This document shows positions 13,014-26,314 of a DNA stretch of 64,000 nucleotides, in pieces. The number at the start of each line of letters is the position of its first letter. The stretch's first letter is position 1. The notes under the pieces were generated by a model. That model had not been told where the DNA came from. It saw nothing but the letters and a program-made list of their open reading frames with translations, and did no database searches. Made by a program: the position numbers and the translations under genes. Source of the DNA: Felis catus (lineage: Eukaryota); NCBI RefSeq assembly GCF_018350175.1, contig NC_058381.1:38626001-38690000 (forward strand), written 5' to 3'.

Positions 13014-14573
13014 CTTTATTTAACGCAGCTGAAGAAATGGAGTGTCAGGACGGTTACGTTTGCTCCAGGTTGCACAGCTTCTAAAGGCAGACTGAGATTT
13101 GAACCCTGACCTCAGGGTCCAGCTTTCCTTCCATGATGTCAGCTGCCTGCCGTTGTCTGTCCTGAGTCTGGGACCCTACCCAAAAGCTCCTCGTTCAGTC
13201 TGGCCAATACTGGCATTTCCTAGGGTAAGAGAAGGCCTGGCAGGCCCTGAGGGCCGTGCCTGCCCCTCCCCTTTGCCTCAGGAGCTGCAAGCACTGGAGT
13301 AATCCACTGTGCCCAGTGGCCTGCCTCTTCCCCTCACCCCTCCTTCCCTTACCGGGGATGATAAAGCCTCCCATTTCCTTGCCCCCGTGCCCAGGCCTTA
13401 GCAGCTCCGCTTCCCCTAAAACACAATGGGTGAGTGTCAAGTCTGCTCTGTCCGTCCCGGACGGACTTCTTCACGCCATAACGTGCCGCTCCACTCCAGA
13501 CACCTGTGCAGGCACGTGGGCGGGGCAGGGAGCAAGGACAGCAGAGGTGACCTCGGAGGCTGGGCTCGGCAGGGGCTGCTGCTCCCATGGGCCTGGGCGG
13601 CAGCCGTGCTGTCTCTGGCCCACAGCACTCATTCCTGCCTCCCCCTCATCAGGACGGTGGGCACGGCGGTGTGGGGGAGGCCAGGCCTCCACCGCACCCT
13701 CCTGCCCCACCTTCCACCCGCAGGGCCAGGGGGGCAGAGAACAGTGCTTTGGGGACCGTTAAGGGCAGTTCCAGGCCAAGACGGTTTTCACCTCTTGGAC
13801 TGGCAGGCAGTCTGACGGAGCTCAAAGATCTTTTGAAGTCATCTGAGTGGGCGGTTTTCAAACTGCGCCCAAGGAGGTGCCTCCAGGGTGACCCAGGAAA
13901 GGCTGCCAAGTGAGGCTCTCTGTGGCACCTTCTGTGGCAGGACCTGTAACAGTCTGTTTTTATCTTTCTTGTTTATTAAGGTTCCAAGTAGGGTTTTCTT
14001 TTCTTTTTTCTTTTTTTCTTAAGTTTCTCTTGCTTGAAGAAGGGGATTTAAAAAAATCACTGACTTTTTCCCCCAGGTAACGCAGCAGGGGCTTGTGAGG
14101 ACTTGCTCAGTTACTCGGGGTCAACGGCTGTCCCAAGAGTGGGGCTCAGGTCTTCATTCCCGGCTGGTGCTCCTTCTACTCTACTTTGGACTCTGAGCAG
14201 CTTTCGTAGGAGAGGGTGATGTAGAAGCCCCCTGTCTCTGCCTCTTGGCCGGCTGCCCCCAGCCCTGCTTCAGAGGCCCCGTGCGTGGCTCCCACACTCC
14301 CCTGTGTCTGCAGCTCTTCCGGCCTCCCCCAACACCTGTGCTCTCCCCCATCTGTGTCTCTTGCTTCAACAAGGATGTCTGCGTGTGTGAGTGTCGGTGC
14401 TGTTGCCGCTGCAGTGGCATCTCACACCACACTGCCACCACCCGAGTCCTGTCCCCAGGGAGGGAGGGAGAAAGCCGGGGGGATGCCAGACAGACTCGGG
14501 AGCAGCTGGGAATAGGGAAGCCACAGCACCCTGCAGTGACTCAAGAAGAGGGAGAGGAGCAGATAGGGAAGAC

Positions 14574-14574
<1 letters not shown>

Positions 14575-14618
<44 letters not shown>
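14575..14618. repeat. (AC)22 microsatellite in STARD3 intron 1
   Basis: Perfect dinucleotide run. Confidence 0.97.
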
Positions 14619-14621
<3 letters not shown>

Positions 14622-16446
14622 GAAAGGGAGACTTTCAAGGGAGACTGAGGTGATGGTGGTGGAGAGAGACAGAGGGGAGAGACTTAGGAAGACCCAGAAA
14701 GATAGACATGAAGTGGGGAGATGGGGGCTGGCACAGAGACACAAAGACAGAAAAGTAGTTTATGAGAGAGACAGGAAGGAAGGAGGAAGAGAGATGGAGA
14801 CAGGTCTGGCAGCAGACAAGAGGGCTATTAGACACCAGGAAATGTCACCTGCCCTGGAGCTGCGGCCCTGTCATGGTGAGAGATGCGCTGAGCATTCAGT
14901 CTGGCACCAGGTCCGGGGGATGGATGTTGGGGATAGGTGTCATTGCCGGCGGCCTGTCACATCTCTCTCTTACTGCGTCCTGCCAGAGCTAGGCCCAGCT
15001 TTCCTTCAGTACCAGATGAGCTGGGCACGGCAACCCCAGTAGTGTGGTATTAGGGGTGGCCTTGGGCCGGGTGCCTCTGCTGAGAACAGTCAGCTCCTGT
15101 CCATTGGGGCTTGTGCAGAGGCAGAGGGATGGACAAACTGGCTTGGTCAGAGTCTCTTCCCTGTCGCAAATGGGGAGCTTGTTTGGGACCTGATAGATTG
15201 AGGGCCCCGGCCAGTAGTAGACATAACAAAGGTATGAAATGATAACAGATTAGGGGGGAGACTGGTTAGATCTTGCCGTCCCAGGATCAGAGACCAATAT
15301 CTAGGGTTCCCCTCTCGCTGGCCCCCAAACCTGCCCCCTGGTGCTGGCATGAGAGAAGATTCAGGGAGAGACTGATGGAGCAGCAGAAGTGTAAGGCACC
15401 GACCATGCTGTGCGCCCTGCCCAGGCAACAGGACCTCTTCAGGCTCCTTGCCAGCACGTTGGTGGAGTAGAGACCTTGGGTCTGGGGGCCGTGTGGCAGG
15501 GAGGGAGTGCTCCGAGGCCCTCTGCCTCTAGCATTCATAAGAATTTCAGCTCCATTGTTGCACAGACAGGTAAGGGGTGGGTCCATTCACCCTTCAGTCT
15601 TGGCTGCCTTACCTGTAATGTGGAAGGACCCATCCTGCCCCGTGTGGGCATGAAACACAACCGAGGGCACAGTGTTCTGTAGGCAGTGGAGCTCTGGCCT
15701 AGCCTCGGGCAGTGGCTGGTTCTTCCCCTCTTCAGGATTTGCCCCATTTCCCTGCTGCGTAGCATGGAGCTGAGGACCAGGAGACCCCCTGGAGCCCCCA
15801 TTTGTTCAGCAGCCAGTCCAGCATCCACTAGGTGCCAGGCATCGTGCTAGACGCCAGGAGACAGCAATTACCAGTCAGGTGAAAGCCCCGTACCTGTAGG
15901 GTTTGTAAAACAATAAGACCATTTTGGGTAGTGACGAGTTCACGGAGGGAAGAATGTGAAGCCCCGTAACAGGACAAGACACTGTGACTGGGGGCAGGAG
16001 GGTGCGGGCTCTGAGGAGAGGACTTTTGAGCTGCTTCTTGGAAGGACCGGGGAAGGGAGAGCTAGGTCCAAGGCCCCAGGCAGGACCAGGCTGCCACATT
16101 GAGGGACCTAAAAGAAGGCCAGGGTGGCGCTGGGGGTGAGCCCTGCCTGCCTTGTGCGAGGAGCCGTTGGAAGAGCTGGCAGGGCCTGGACTGGAGGGCT
16201 CGGGGAATGGCAGGGTGTGATCAGTGTTTGGAAAGCCTTTCTCTGGCTGTGCAAGAAGTGTTGTTACAGGGTGAGAGAGGCAGCCTGGAGACTCGCCCGC
16301 TAGGCTAGTTGTAATGGCCAGGCCAGAGGATGGTGTTGGGCCTGACACGGGCGTGGTGGGGTGGAGCTAGAGAGAAGGGACCAAGATGTCCTTTCTCCAT
16401 ACCCGCTGTCCCAGTGCAGAGCTCTCGGAGACGGAGACACTGCTCT

Positions 16447-16578
16447 NNNNNNNNNNNNNNNNNNNNNNNNNNNNNNNNNNNNNNNNNNNNNNNNNNNNNN
16501 NNNNNNNNNNNNNNNNNNNNNNNNNNNNNNNNNNNNNNNNNNNNNNNNNNNNNNNNNNNNNNNNNNNNNNNNNNNNNN
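16447..16578. other. Assembly gap (132 N)
   Basis: Run of N. Confidence 1.
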
Positions 16579-17012
16579 CCGAGAGGCTGTTGACAGGACC
16601 GGAGGCTGAACCACAGGGCTGGGCTTGGCAGGAGCAGGCTGTGCCCTCAAGCAGCGGGGAGGACCCCAGAGCCCTCCAAGGGTGAACCGTGAGGCTGCTG
16701 GGCTTTACCGGGGGTTGGTGAGGAGGGCCGAGAGAGAGGGATGCTCAAACCCCTCCAGCCCAGAAGTGGGGCTGCAGGAGAGAATTTGGGCTGGGAGGGC
16801 CTTGGGCTGCTAGGGGGTTGAGATGTGAGAGGGGGCAGATGTGTTTGGGAGCAAACGGGGTCCCTGGGGCTGTGTGTGAAGGGATGAAGGAGGTTAATGG
16901 GACCTCCACGCCCCGACACGAGACACGCGTGACCTGACCCAGCTGCCCTGCTTCTCCCCAGCCTTGCAGCTGAGGCCCCGCCTTCCCCACCTTGAGGTGG
17001 GGGCCCACCAGG

Positions 17013-20000
17013 ATGAACAGACTGTCTGGGGAGCTGGCCCGTGACTTGGAGCGCAGCCTGCCGGCCGTGGCCTCCCTCAGCTCATCACTGTCCCACTCCC
17101 AGGGCCTCTCCTCCCACTTCCTCCCCCCACCTCCAGAGAAGCGCCGAGCCATCTCTGATGTTCGCCGCACCTTCTGTCTCTTTGTCACCTTCGACCTGCT
17201 CTTCATCTCCCTGCTCTGGATCATTGAACTGAACGTGAGTGGGGCCAAGGCTGGGGCGGGGGTCATCCGGGCCTTAGCTGCTGCACCAGCTGTCTGGGAG
17301 GGTTGCCTCTCTGGCAGGACAGATTTCCAGGTAAGATGAAGAACAGGAAGATCAGAATAGCTGGGAGCTCAGAGGGCTTGAGTCATTTGTCTAGGCTCTC
17401 TTCGGCAAGTATGCGAAGGAGGGCAGCGTTTGAACCCAGACCCTCAGGCTGCAGAGTTCACACTCTGGACCTCCGTGCCAACCTGCCCTCTAGTGGACAC
17501 TCTTGAGAAAGGAGGAGACAGCCCAGTGGACTCTGGTTGGACTATTGAAACCTTTGTCTTTTTTTTGCGCTATGTTGCTCTCTTGCTCCATTCATTCATT
17601 CATTCATTCATTCATTCAACAAACATTTTTCAAAGCCCTGTTGTATCCTAGGCACTGTGCTGAAGGCAGGGGGTACGGTGGGGGAGCAAACCAGTAAAAA
17701 CTCCCAGTTCTCAATGGTTCCTAGCTCTCTCTTTCTCCATTTTGGACACTCCTCCGGTGCCCCCCAGTTTGGCCTCTCCCGGCTGGTGAGAGGCCACTTA
17801 GCAGCCTGGAGATGGAGCTGCCTCTCAGTGCCGGGTCCTTACCCTCCTCCCCCTGGGCAGTGCTTGGCCAGCTTTGTGGGACCTGATCTCCAGGCACCAA
17901 CAGGGTAGAGCAGGCCCCGACCACAGAGGCAGGAGCTGTGGGAGCAAAGCATCCCAGGCTCAGTCAGTCCTGGCTCCTCCTCTGTATTCACTGTGGGACC
18001 TCAGCAGGGGACTGCGCCTCTCTGAGCCTTCCCTTGTTTTCCTTCTGCAGAATGGGTCAGAGTTCAGGATGGCAGGTGCCCTTTCTCCAGGTCTCAGGCT
18101 CAGTGACAGAAAAAGGATGACTGTTGATAGAAGTGAGGAGTTTGGGGAAGGGGCTGGTTTAGGGGTGGAGAGGACAAATATGATTCTGGGCGTGTGGAGG
18201 TGGAGGGCTCTGAGGGTGACTGTCCTTTGTGCACAGAGATGAACTGGCACCTTCAACAAGATTGAGCCCTGGGGGACCTTAAGGACCATCCTGCCAATGA
18301 AAAAGCAGAGGCCAGCAAGGTCCAGAGCCATTTGAAGAGCTTCTGAGGTCTTAGGCATTCTTCTTTTTGAAGGTCCCATCCAGCTTCAAAGCAAGCACTA
18401 AAATTCACCCACAGCCTTCATTCAAAATATTTTTTTTTTTCCAGAAAACAGCCAAAAAATTTTTTGTAATTTTACTTTTGAAATCACCTAGATGTACTGG
18501 CTATAATAGCTCAGCAGTCATTATACATACTTGGGAATTCTTGCAGAACAAGAAAAAAATCTAATCTCAAAATTGTTTTCAAACATAAGGAAAAGTTCAG
18601 AATGCTGGACTGTAACCATTAGTGGAGTTAGCCATAATGTTTCACTTGGTAGACACTTATTTAAAAATGGGATGATTTTCGGTTTTGTAGTTTTATTTTC
18701 CTGGTTTAGAGCATATATGTTTTTAGTTTTCTAACAGACTGGGTGTTGTGCGTTGGATGTAAGGACCCCAGGAGGGTTGCAACATCCATGCGAGGTCTCG
18801 TAGCCAGAGACTGGCAGGGGCTGGAACTCAGGTCCCCTGAGTCAGGATGTCCTCAGCTTCTGTGCGTGCCCAGGCAGAGGGAGAGCTGTGAGGGACGGCG
18901 ACTGTTAGGGGTCAGAGGGGCTATGGGGCCCAAGAGGGAGCAGTCTGAGGAGGAAGAGGAAGAGGAAGACCAAGCTGGGGTGGGGTTGGGTGGGGTGTCA
19001 GGTGTGAGGGGTGGTGTGTGAGACTCCATGAGGCTCAGGGTGGTCTTGAGGTAGAGGCACATGGTGGAGACGTGTAGGGGCCTTCAAGTGTTATTGAGGC
19101 GGCTGCCCAGACTACTGGCTCCTGCTCTAAGCATCAGTCACCTGGGAACTGTATGAAAATTCCAGATGTTCAGCTAAATCTGAGATTCAGTGGCCTGAAC
19201 ATCTGTATCTTTAATAAGCCCCCCTACTTCAATTTGGATCATCTGCCAGGGATTAGGAACTCCAGTCTAGGTGGTCATGAAGGGTCTTCACCTTCCAGGC
19301 TCTTGGGTTCCACTCCCCGGAGTCCCCTTCTGTCCCCCGTCCTCCAGGGGGCTGGCACCCCATTCCTCCTGAGAAGTCGGGCTGTGGTCTGGCTCTCAGT
19401 GTCCATCCACATCCTCTCCCTCCCCAGCCAAAGTATCAGGATTCCCCTTGAAAATGTGTGGGTGACTAGGGCAGGGACAGGGGTGAGGACAAGTCTGCTC
19501 ACTCCCGTCTCCGTTGCTGGGCATCCTCTCCAGCACCATGATGGATTTTGCCCATTAAGCACAAACCTAATCAGTTGATTTGCCACCTGGGGCTCCGTCT
19601 GACACCGCTGCTCACCCCCGTTCCCCACCGCCCCAGATGGATGGTTGCCTGGGAAGATGGAGCCCCATAATGGTGAGAGGGAGATGAGATTCTGTGAGAG
19701 GCAGGCTCCCAGCGCCCAGTCTACCAGCCCTACCTGCCTGCACAGGGCCTGTAGCCTCCCCTACACAGCCCTGGGGCCTCCAAGACTCCCCCTCCCTGCG
19801 CACTGTGCCCTCGAATGTCATTGCTGGAGCCAGGCCCTGCCTGTCTAGGTTGCCTGGTGCTTGGAGGAATGAATGATGTTAGTTTGGCTGAGCTCCCTTG
19901 GTGTTTCGGGGCCCTCCTTGGGCAGTGGCTCAGCATCTCCAGGTTCCACACTCCCCCTGTCTCCTCCCCATCCTCAGAGGTGAGGGCACCCCTGGGGACT

Positions 20001-23000
20001 TGTTTCTGCCTGTAGAGCTGTTCATATCTCCCTCTTCCAGACCAACACAGGCATCCAGAAGAACCTGGAGCAGGAGATCATCCACTACAACTTTAAAACT
20101 TCCTTCTTTGACATCTTTGTGAGTGGACTTAGGGGGTCCTGGGGGCAGAGATGACACAGGGACAGGACTCCCTGGCTGGCTTCTCTTCTCTCTGCAACAC
20201 ACACCCTAATCTGAGCAAGGAGACTTGGCTCCCATCCTCAGGGAGCTCTCAATATTCAGAAAGTTCCTAAACAAGGCTCTCCCTTCAGAGAGCCCCAAGC
20301 GTAAAGGGGAAGAGTAGACCCCTGTCTAAGAAGGTCACATCCAAGTCGTCCCCAGAGGAACACTGACTCAACCATTCTCTGCCACGGCATGCATGCCCAT
20401 GTAGAGGGAACCTGGGGGAGGTCAGCCTTGGGCAGGGGGAAGGGCAGTGGCTTGCCTGTGATGGCTTGTGTCCTGCCCCCCTCCCCCCCCCCCCCCCCAA
20501 CCAGGTTCTGGCCTTCTTCCGCTTCTCGGGACTGCTCCTGGGCTATGCTGTGCTGAGGCTCCGGCACTGGTGGGTGATTGCGGTAAGACGCCACTTGCCC
20601 CGCAGCTTTCAGGCTCTGGTGGGGCTGGTGCAAGGGATGGTGTGGAGGAGGACTCACCCCCCAGCCTGTTTGCCCTCTCTCCCTCCTTCCTCCCCTGGGC
20701 AGGTCACCACACTGGTGTCCAGTGCATTCCTCATTGTCAAGGTCATCCTCTCTGAGGTTAGTGGCTCAGGGGTCTGGCTGGTCTGGTGGGTTTCTAGCCT
20801 GGGGGATGGGCTTCTCCTAAGAAGGGACCCTTTCTCTGATTTGGGGTGTCTGTCTCTGTTGTCAGGGTGGGGTGAGGGGGAATCCTGTCCTTTGATAGTT
20901 CCAAGGAATCCTCATCACTGGCTTCTTCCACCTGCCCCTCTACAACCCCAAGAACAAAAAGTCCTTCTGCCAGCCTAACCTCAGTTTATCCTGCTGCAGA
21001 ATTCATTAATCTGTCTCAGAGGTGTGTGCCGCAGAGGTCCCCAAGCAGCTGGTCCAGGAATGGGGTGTATGCCAGAGTTACTAGCCCCAAGAGGGGACTC
21101 TGGGCTTTGGGCGACCCCCCTACCGTGGAGCTCAGCCCCGTCCTTCCACAGCTGCTCAGCAAAGGGGCATTCGGCTACCTGCTCCCTATCGTCTCCTTTG
21201 TCCTTGCCTGGTTGGAGACCTGGTTCCTTGACTTCAAAGTCCTACCACAGGAGGCTGAGGAGGAGCGATGTGAGTGCTGGGGGAAGGGGTGCAGTGAGGG
21301 TCATCATAGCCCTAAGAGAGGAGACTTTCAGGCATGAGAGCCAGTTCTGAGCTATCTTGCCAGCTCTGAACAGCCTCCAAGAGCCTAAAGATGAGCTTGG
21401 AGTTGGGGGGACCCCAGGCTGCTAAGGCATGACTGCCCTTGTTTTGGGACAATGGCTGCCCATGTCTGCTCCCCCAGGGTATCTGGCTGCCCAGGCTGCT
21501 GTCGCCCGAGGACCCCTGCTCTTCTCTGGCGCTCTATCCGAGGGCCAGTTCTATTCACCCCCAGAATCCTTTGCAGGTGAGGGCTGGTGGATGGGGAACT
21601 GCTTTCAGGGAGGGTCTTTATGAGGAGTGGGTTGGCTGGGTTCCTTCTGTTCCTTCTGTTGGCTCTCCGGGGAAAGTGAGCAACCTTCTTCTACACATAC
21701 TTCTGTCCTCCCCGCAACGTTGCACTTATGCCCGAACCGCACTGTGTCCCCACAGTCTGTCCCCACACCTTCTTAATGTCTCTGTGCTTGTTTTCTGCAG
21801 GGTCTGACAATGAATCAGATGAAGACCTTGGGAAGAAAATCTTCTCTGCCCAGGTATTTGGCTGCCCACCTCGCCTGACCTTTGGAGTGGGCACCTCGGA
21901 GAAGGGCCAGTGCTGGCTTCAGCCAGGGTGGGCGGGGCCTTCCCGGCAGAGCATGGACCTCAGGCAGCCCGAATGCCAGTCGTCGTGCACCTGCGTGTCT
22001 GGCTCACCGTCAGTCAGGCCCATCGGTCTGCCTCATACCTGGGGCCCGGAGGCGAGCAGCCACAGCACCTGGGGGACCCCACAGGGCCCGAGAGACCACC
22101 CAGACTCCATGCGTGTGGAGTATCTAGAGAAAGAACTGGCCACGAACAAGGTAGGGTATGGGCCTCGGGCTGACCCCTCCATGCCTTTCATCCCTGGCCA
22201 GGAACGGGAGTACGTCCATCAGGGCAAGGAGGCCATGGCGGTGGTGGACCAGATCTTGGCCCAGGAGGAGAACTGGAAGTTTGAGAAGAACAATGTAAGA
22301 AACTTCTCTCCCACCTAACCTGCTCATGTGTGTTGAGAGTTTTGCTTGCTTTTCTGAGGCCTGAGAAGCCCTCAGAATTGCACAGTTTGGAACCGTATTC
22401 CCGCATCAGGAGTGGGGGCTGGGCCCTGGGGTCACCACCTGGCAGGAGGTTGGGCTGGGTTGGATGTTTCCACTGCCCCCTCCCCCTGCTCGTGGCCCCA
22501 CGCCCATCCTCAGCTCCCTGCAGCTCTCCTCACTCAGCTCTGGCTTTGAAGGGGAAGCCAGGCTTCTGCCCTGTGTCTGGTGTTTTGTTTCACGATCAAA
22601 ACAACATCATCTAAAGAGATGGCAGGGAGCTTGGAAAAAGGGGGACACGTCCCCGTCCCTCTCTCTGGCCCGTCCCTCTCAACGGCCCTGGCCAGCCTGG
22701 AGACACGGCTGTAGCTGTGCTTCTGCCCTTTAACTTGATGTCAAAAGCCTTACTCTGCTCGTTGCCGGACATTTGTCAGAACCACTGTTTTTTAGTGGCT
22801 ACTTGAATATCCCCAAACTCCCGGAGTTTTCTACCCTAAGCTGTTAAAAACCTGCCCTGTCGCCCATTCTTTTGCCGGTAGCCCACCCCCCCGCGCCCTC
22901 CCCCATGCCCTCCACCCACCTCCCTGTCACGCTTCTGTCACTCCCACAGGAATATGGGGACACTGTGTATACCATTGAGGTTCCCTTTCATGGGAAGACA

Positions 23001-25686
23001 TTCATCCTGAAGGTGAGTGAGGGAAGCGGGTGTGCTGGAGTGTCCTGGAGCCTCCTGCTCTAAGACTTCAGGAAGGGGCTTCCTGCCTTCTGGCAGGTTT
23101 CTCTCCACCAAGAGGGAGGGGCTGATGTGTCCAAGCACATCTGGCGCCACCCAGCCCTCTGCCCGCCCTGCCCCAGACCTTCCTGCCCTGCCCGGCGGAG
23201 CTGGTGTACCAGGAGGTGATCCTGCAGCCCGAGAGGATGGTGCTGTGGAACAAGACGGTGACTGCCTGCCAGGTGAGCCGAAGAACCGGGGGGCCTGGCC
23301 TGGCTACCTCTCAGGGCAGAGGCAGAGCAACACGGCAGATCAGGGTGCAGTCATACCCCAGCACGACCAGTTACCCCAGGGGACCTGGGTCATGTCATGA
23401 ACTGCTCTGTGCCTCAGCTTCCCGGTCTTTAAAATGGGTATGATGGTAACGGTGCCTCCTGGTGAGGGTCAGGAAGATGGAGAGGGAGCATGCAGAGAAA
23501 GCCCAGCCCAGGACCTGGAAGTGGCTCTCCGTAAAGGGCCTGGGCAGAGAGGAGGCTGGTGTGGGGGTTCCCTGAGGTACTGGGATTTTCCTGGGCCGGG
23601 CCATACTTCACATCTCCCCTCACGGCCTTTAGATCCTGCAGCGAGTAGAGGACAACACCCTCATCTCCTACGATGTCTCTTCGGGGGCCGCGGGCGGGGT
23701 GGTCTCCCCGAGGTGAGCACCACCAAGCCCCTCCTCTAAGGCAGACCTCTTGCCCTTGGATCTTGGGCTTGGCTCCCTGCTTCCCGTCTAACACTCCTGC
23801 TCCCCAGGGACTTCGTGAACGTGCGGCGCATCGAGCGGCGCAGAGACCGATACCTGTCGTCGGGCATCGCCACTACCCACTGCGCCAAGCCCCCTACACA
23901 CAAATATGTCAGGTGAGCCTTGCCTTGCCCAGGGTCACCCCAGCTGGCCCCTCCCCTGGTGACTGTGAGGACAGGGGAGGGTACAGTGTGTACAGCTGGG
24001 TGCTTTCTCCTGCTGAGGCCGCCTTCCTGTCCCCTGTCCTGCTGGGCTTTGCCCCACTCAGCCCCTAGTCCTGCTAATCTGCTCTGCCTCCTGGAGCCGG
24101 TGGGGGGGGGGGGGGGTTTGCGATTAATGGCTGGAAGTACACCACCCAGGCCCGAGGGCAGCTCCAGGGATAGGGACCAGTCCGGGGGAAGGGAGCTGGG
24201 AGCCATGAGGTCGCGCCGGTCCAGGTGACCTGAGCAGAAGGTTCTGTGTTCTGGAGCTTGACCTTCCTACCTGAGTAGAGTTGGTCCCCGCTGCCTTGCC
24301 AGTCCCCAGAGTGCTCGGAAGTGCCCCCAGAGGAAGAGGAGTTTCAGTCTTCCTGCTGCCTGTTCCAAGGCATCCTCCAGTTCTCCTGCTGTCTATCCTT
24401 AGACCCCAGTGCTGCAGGTGGCCTCCTCCCCGATTCTCCACTCTCCCCATCTTTCCTGGGCTTCCACAGAGAGCACTGTTGGTGGAGTATGAGGTTTGGC
24501 ACACCAGACTCCTGGGTGATGAACAGGCTTATTTCCTCTCTGGGTGCTGACTTCCTTGTACGCGGAGTGAGCTTGGGAGTTCTCAGTGGAGCTGTGAGGG
24601 AAGTGACTGGTGACAGGACATGCCCTGCCCACTGCCAGGGAGGGCACCCCCTCCCAGAGCGCCCCCTCCTGACACCACCGCATTGCTCCCTGAGTTGGGC
24701 AGGGGTGAGAAATGCGAGCACAGCCCACCCCTCACAGCCGGAGCTGACCGAGAATCCCTGGACAGAGAAAATGACCACTGCCACTGGGGGTGCACAACAT
24801 CGGCGCGCTGCAGGAGGATTCGAGTGTCACCTGGTGGGGTAGAGGGCTGTATTCTGTAGCCTCTGGGACACCCGTTCTGGGCCCTGCTCAGGCAGAGTGG
24901 CAGTTGCTAGACCAGTAGCCTCCTTCCCTCTTTCACCCCAGTCCAGGATGGGCCAGGAATGGAGCGTGGAGTGGGGTCAGAGGCCTTGCCTGGCTCCAAG
25001 GTTCCCCCCCAATGGTGCTTTTCTCTTAGGGGAGAGAATGGTCCTGGGGGCTTCATCGTGCTCAAGTCGGCCAGTAACCCCCGAGTCTGCACCTTCATCT
25101 GGATCCTTAATACAGATCTCAAGGTGGGGTTGCTGAGGCCGCAAGGCTGGCTAGGCTACAGTAGCGGGGACTTTGGTGGGGGACGTTGGGGTCTCCCATC
25201 CTGCTCAAGGCCTCACCTACACTGCCTCCTTAAGCTAAAATTTGGGGCAGGATCAAGATGGTCTCGTCCTGAGTCGCTGGAGGGCCTGTACCTCCCCTTA
25301 CCTCTGACTCCGGAGGCCCCAAGGAGCAGTGGCTGCCTGCCAAGCCAGCCCCTCCTAGGTCTGTTTGTGTGGTTGGTGCCAGGACCCGGCACAGCGTGTT
25401 CTTCCTGCCGGGGGTGAGGGGTAGAGGGTGGCTTAGGCTGTGTTCCAGAGCTGCACCTGCACCTGCTGCTCTGGCCCAGGGTACCCCCCCAACCCCCCCC
25501 CCTCCCACTGGCGCATGTTGTTGAGAGGGGAGCCCCTGCTGCGGACAGGCCATCCTGGAACTTCTTCCCACCTCCCCGCAGGGCCGCCTGCCCCGGTACC
25601 TCATCCACCAGAGCCTCGCAGCCACCATGTTTGAATTTGCCTTTCACCTGCGGCAGCGCATCGGAGAGCTGGGCGCCCGGGCGTAA
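17013..25686 (+). CDS. STARD3: StAR-related lipid transfer protein 3 (MLN64): MENTAL domain, phospho-FFAT motif, START domain; 445 aa
   Basis: Coding exons 17013-17234 (exon starts 16962), 20041-20118, 20505-20582, 20703-20756, 21152-21269, 21478-21576, 21801-21853, 22202-22294, 22950-23012, 23177-23272, 23633-23712, 23808-23912, 25030-25123, 25582-25686 (TAA). Total 1338 nt, all GT-AG. Motifs [41 protein letters not shown]. Confidence 0.98.
19110..19270. mobile_element. MER5-like hAT-Charlie MITE remnant
   Basis: gcatcagtcacctggga..aaattccagat..atctgtatctttaataagcccc pattern. Confidence 0.5.
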
Positions 25687-26314
25687 CCATGCCCCTCGCC
25701 ACCCTGCAGGCCAGGGTCCTGTCACCACAGCCTTCAGAGCCAGAGAGGGGGCCAGTGGAGCTTCCCGCTGCCCACAGAAGACCTGGCCTCAAGCAGCGGG
25801 AAGAGGTCTCCTCCTGTGGCAGCACCTTGGCCCCAAGCTACCACCCTCCACCGTGCTTCACTGGACCTGGGAGCCATGGCTGTGAGCAGGTTGTGAGGTC
25901 AAGCATCTGGACTCCAGGGCCCTGCTGCTGAGGCGAGTGGGGTCTGTCCCGCTGATGTTTACACAGTGACTGTCCCTGCCTCCTGGAGGAAGATACCTGC
26001 GCTCCCCTACCTAGCCAGGGGCAGGATCTGGAATGGGAGCCTCAGACTTGATGGGGGAGGGCCACGGCCCTGAGCAGGACAGAGGTCAGGGCGGGCCTTG
26101 GCGCCAGTGTTAAGGTGCAGGAGCCCCTTCATCTGCCTGCTTTCTCACCACGGTTTTTTAGGATTATTTAAAGGGTCTGGGACCTTTTTCCATATGCACT
26201 TGTTGGGGAGCGGGTGGCAGGTAGGGGGGTGGGTGCTGGCAGTGAACTTCTGCCACTCCCAGTTTCTCTCCCTCCCCCAGGGTTCCTTGGGGACCTTTGT
26301 AATTTGAGCCAATT

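Noticed and set aside
14245-15042. 265-aa ORF with THTHTH run
   Set aside because: Frame runs through the (AC)n microsatellite and a GA-rich stop-poor tract; no coding hallmarks.
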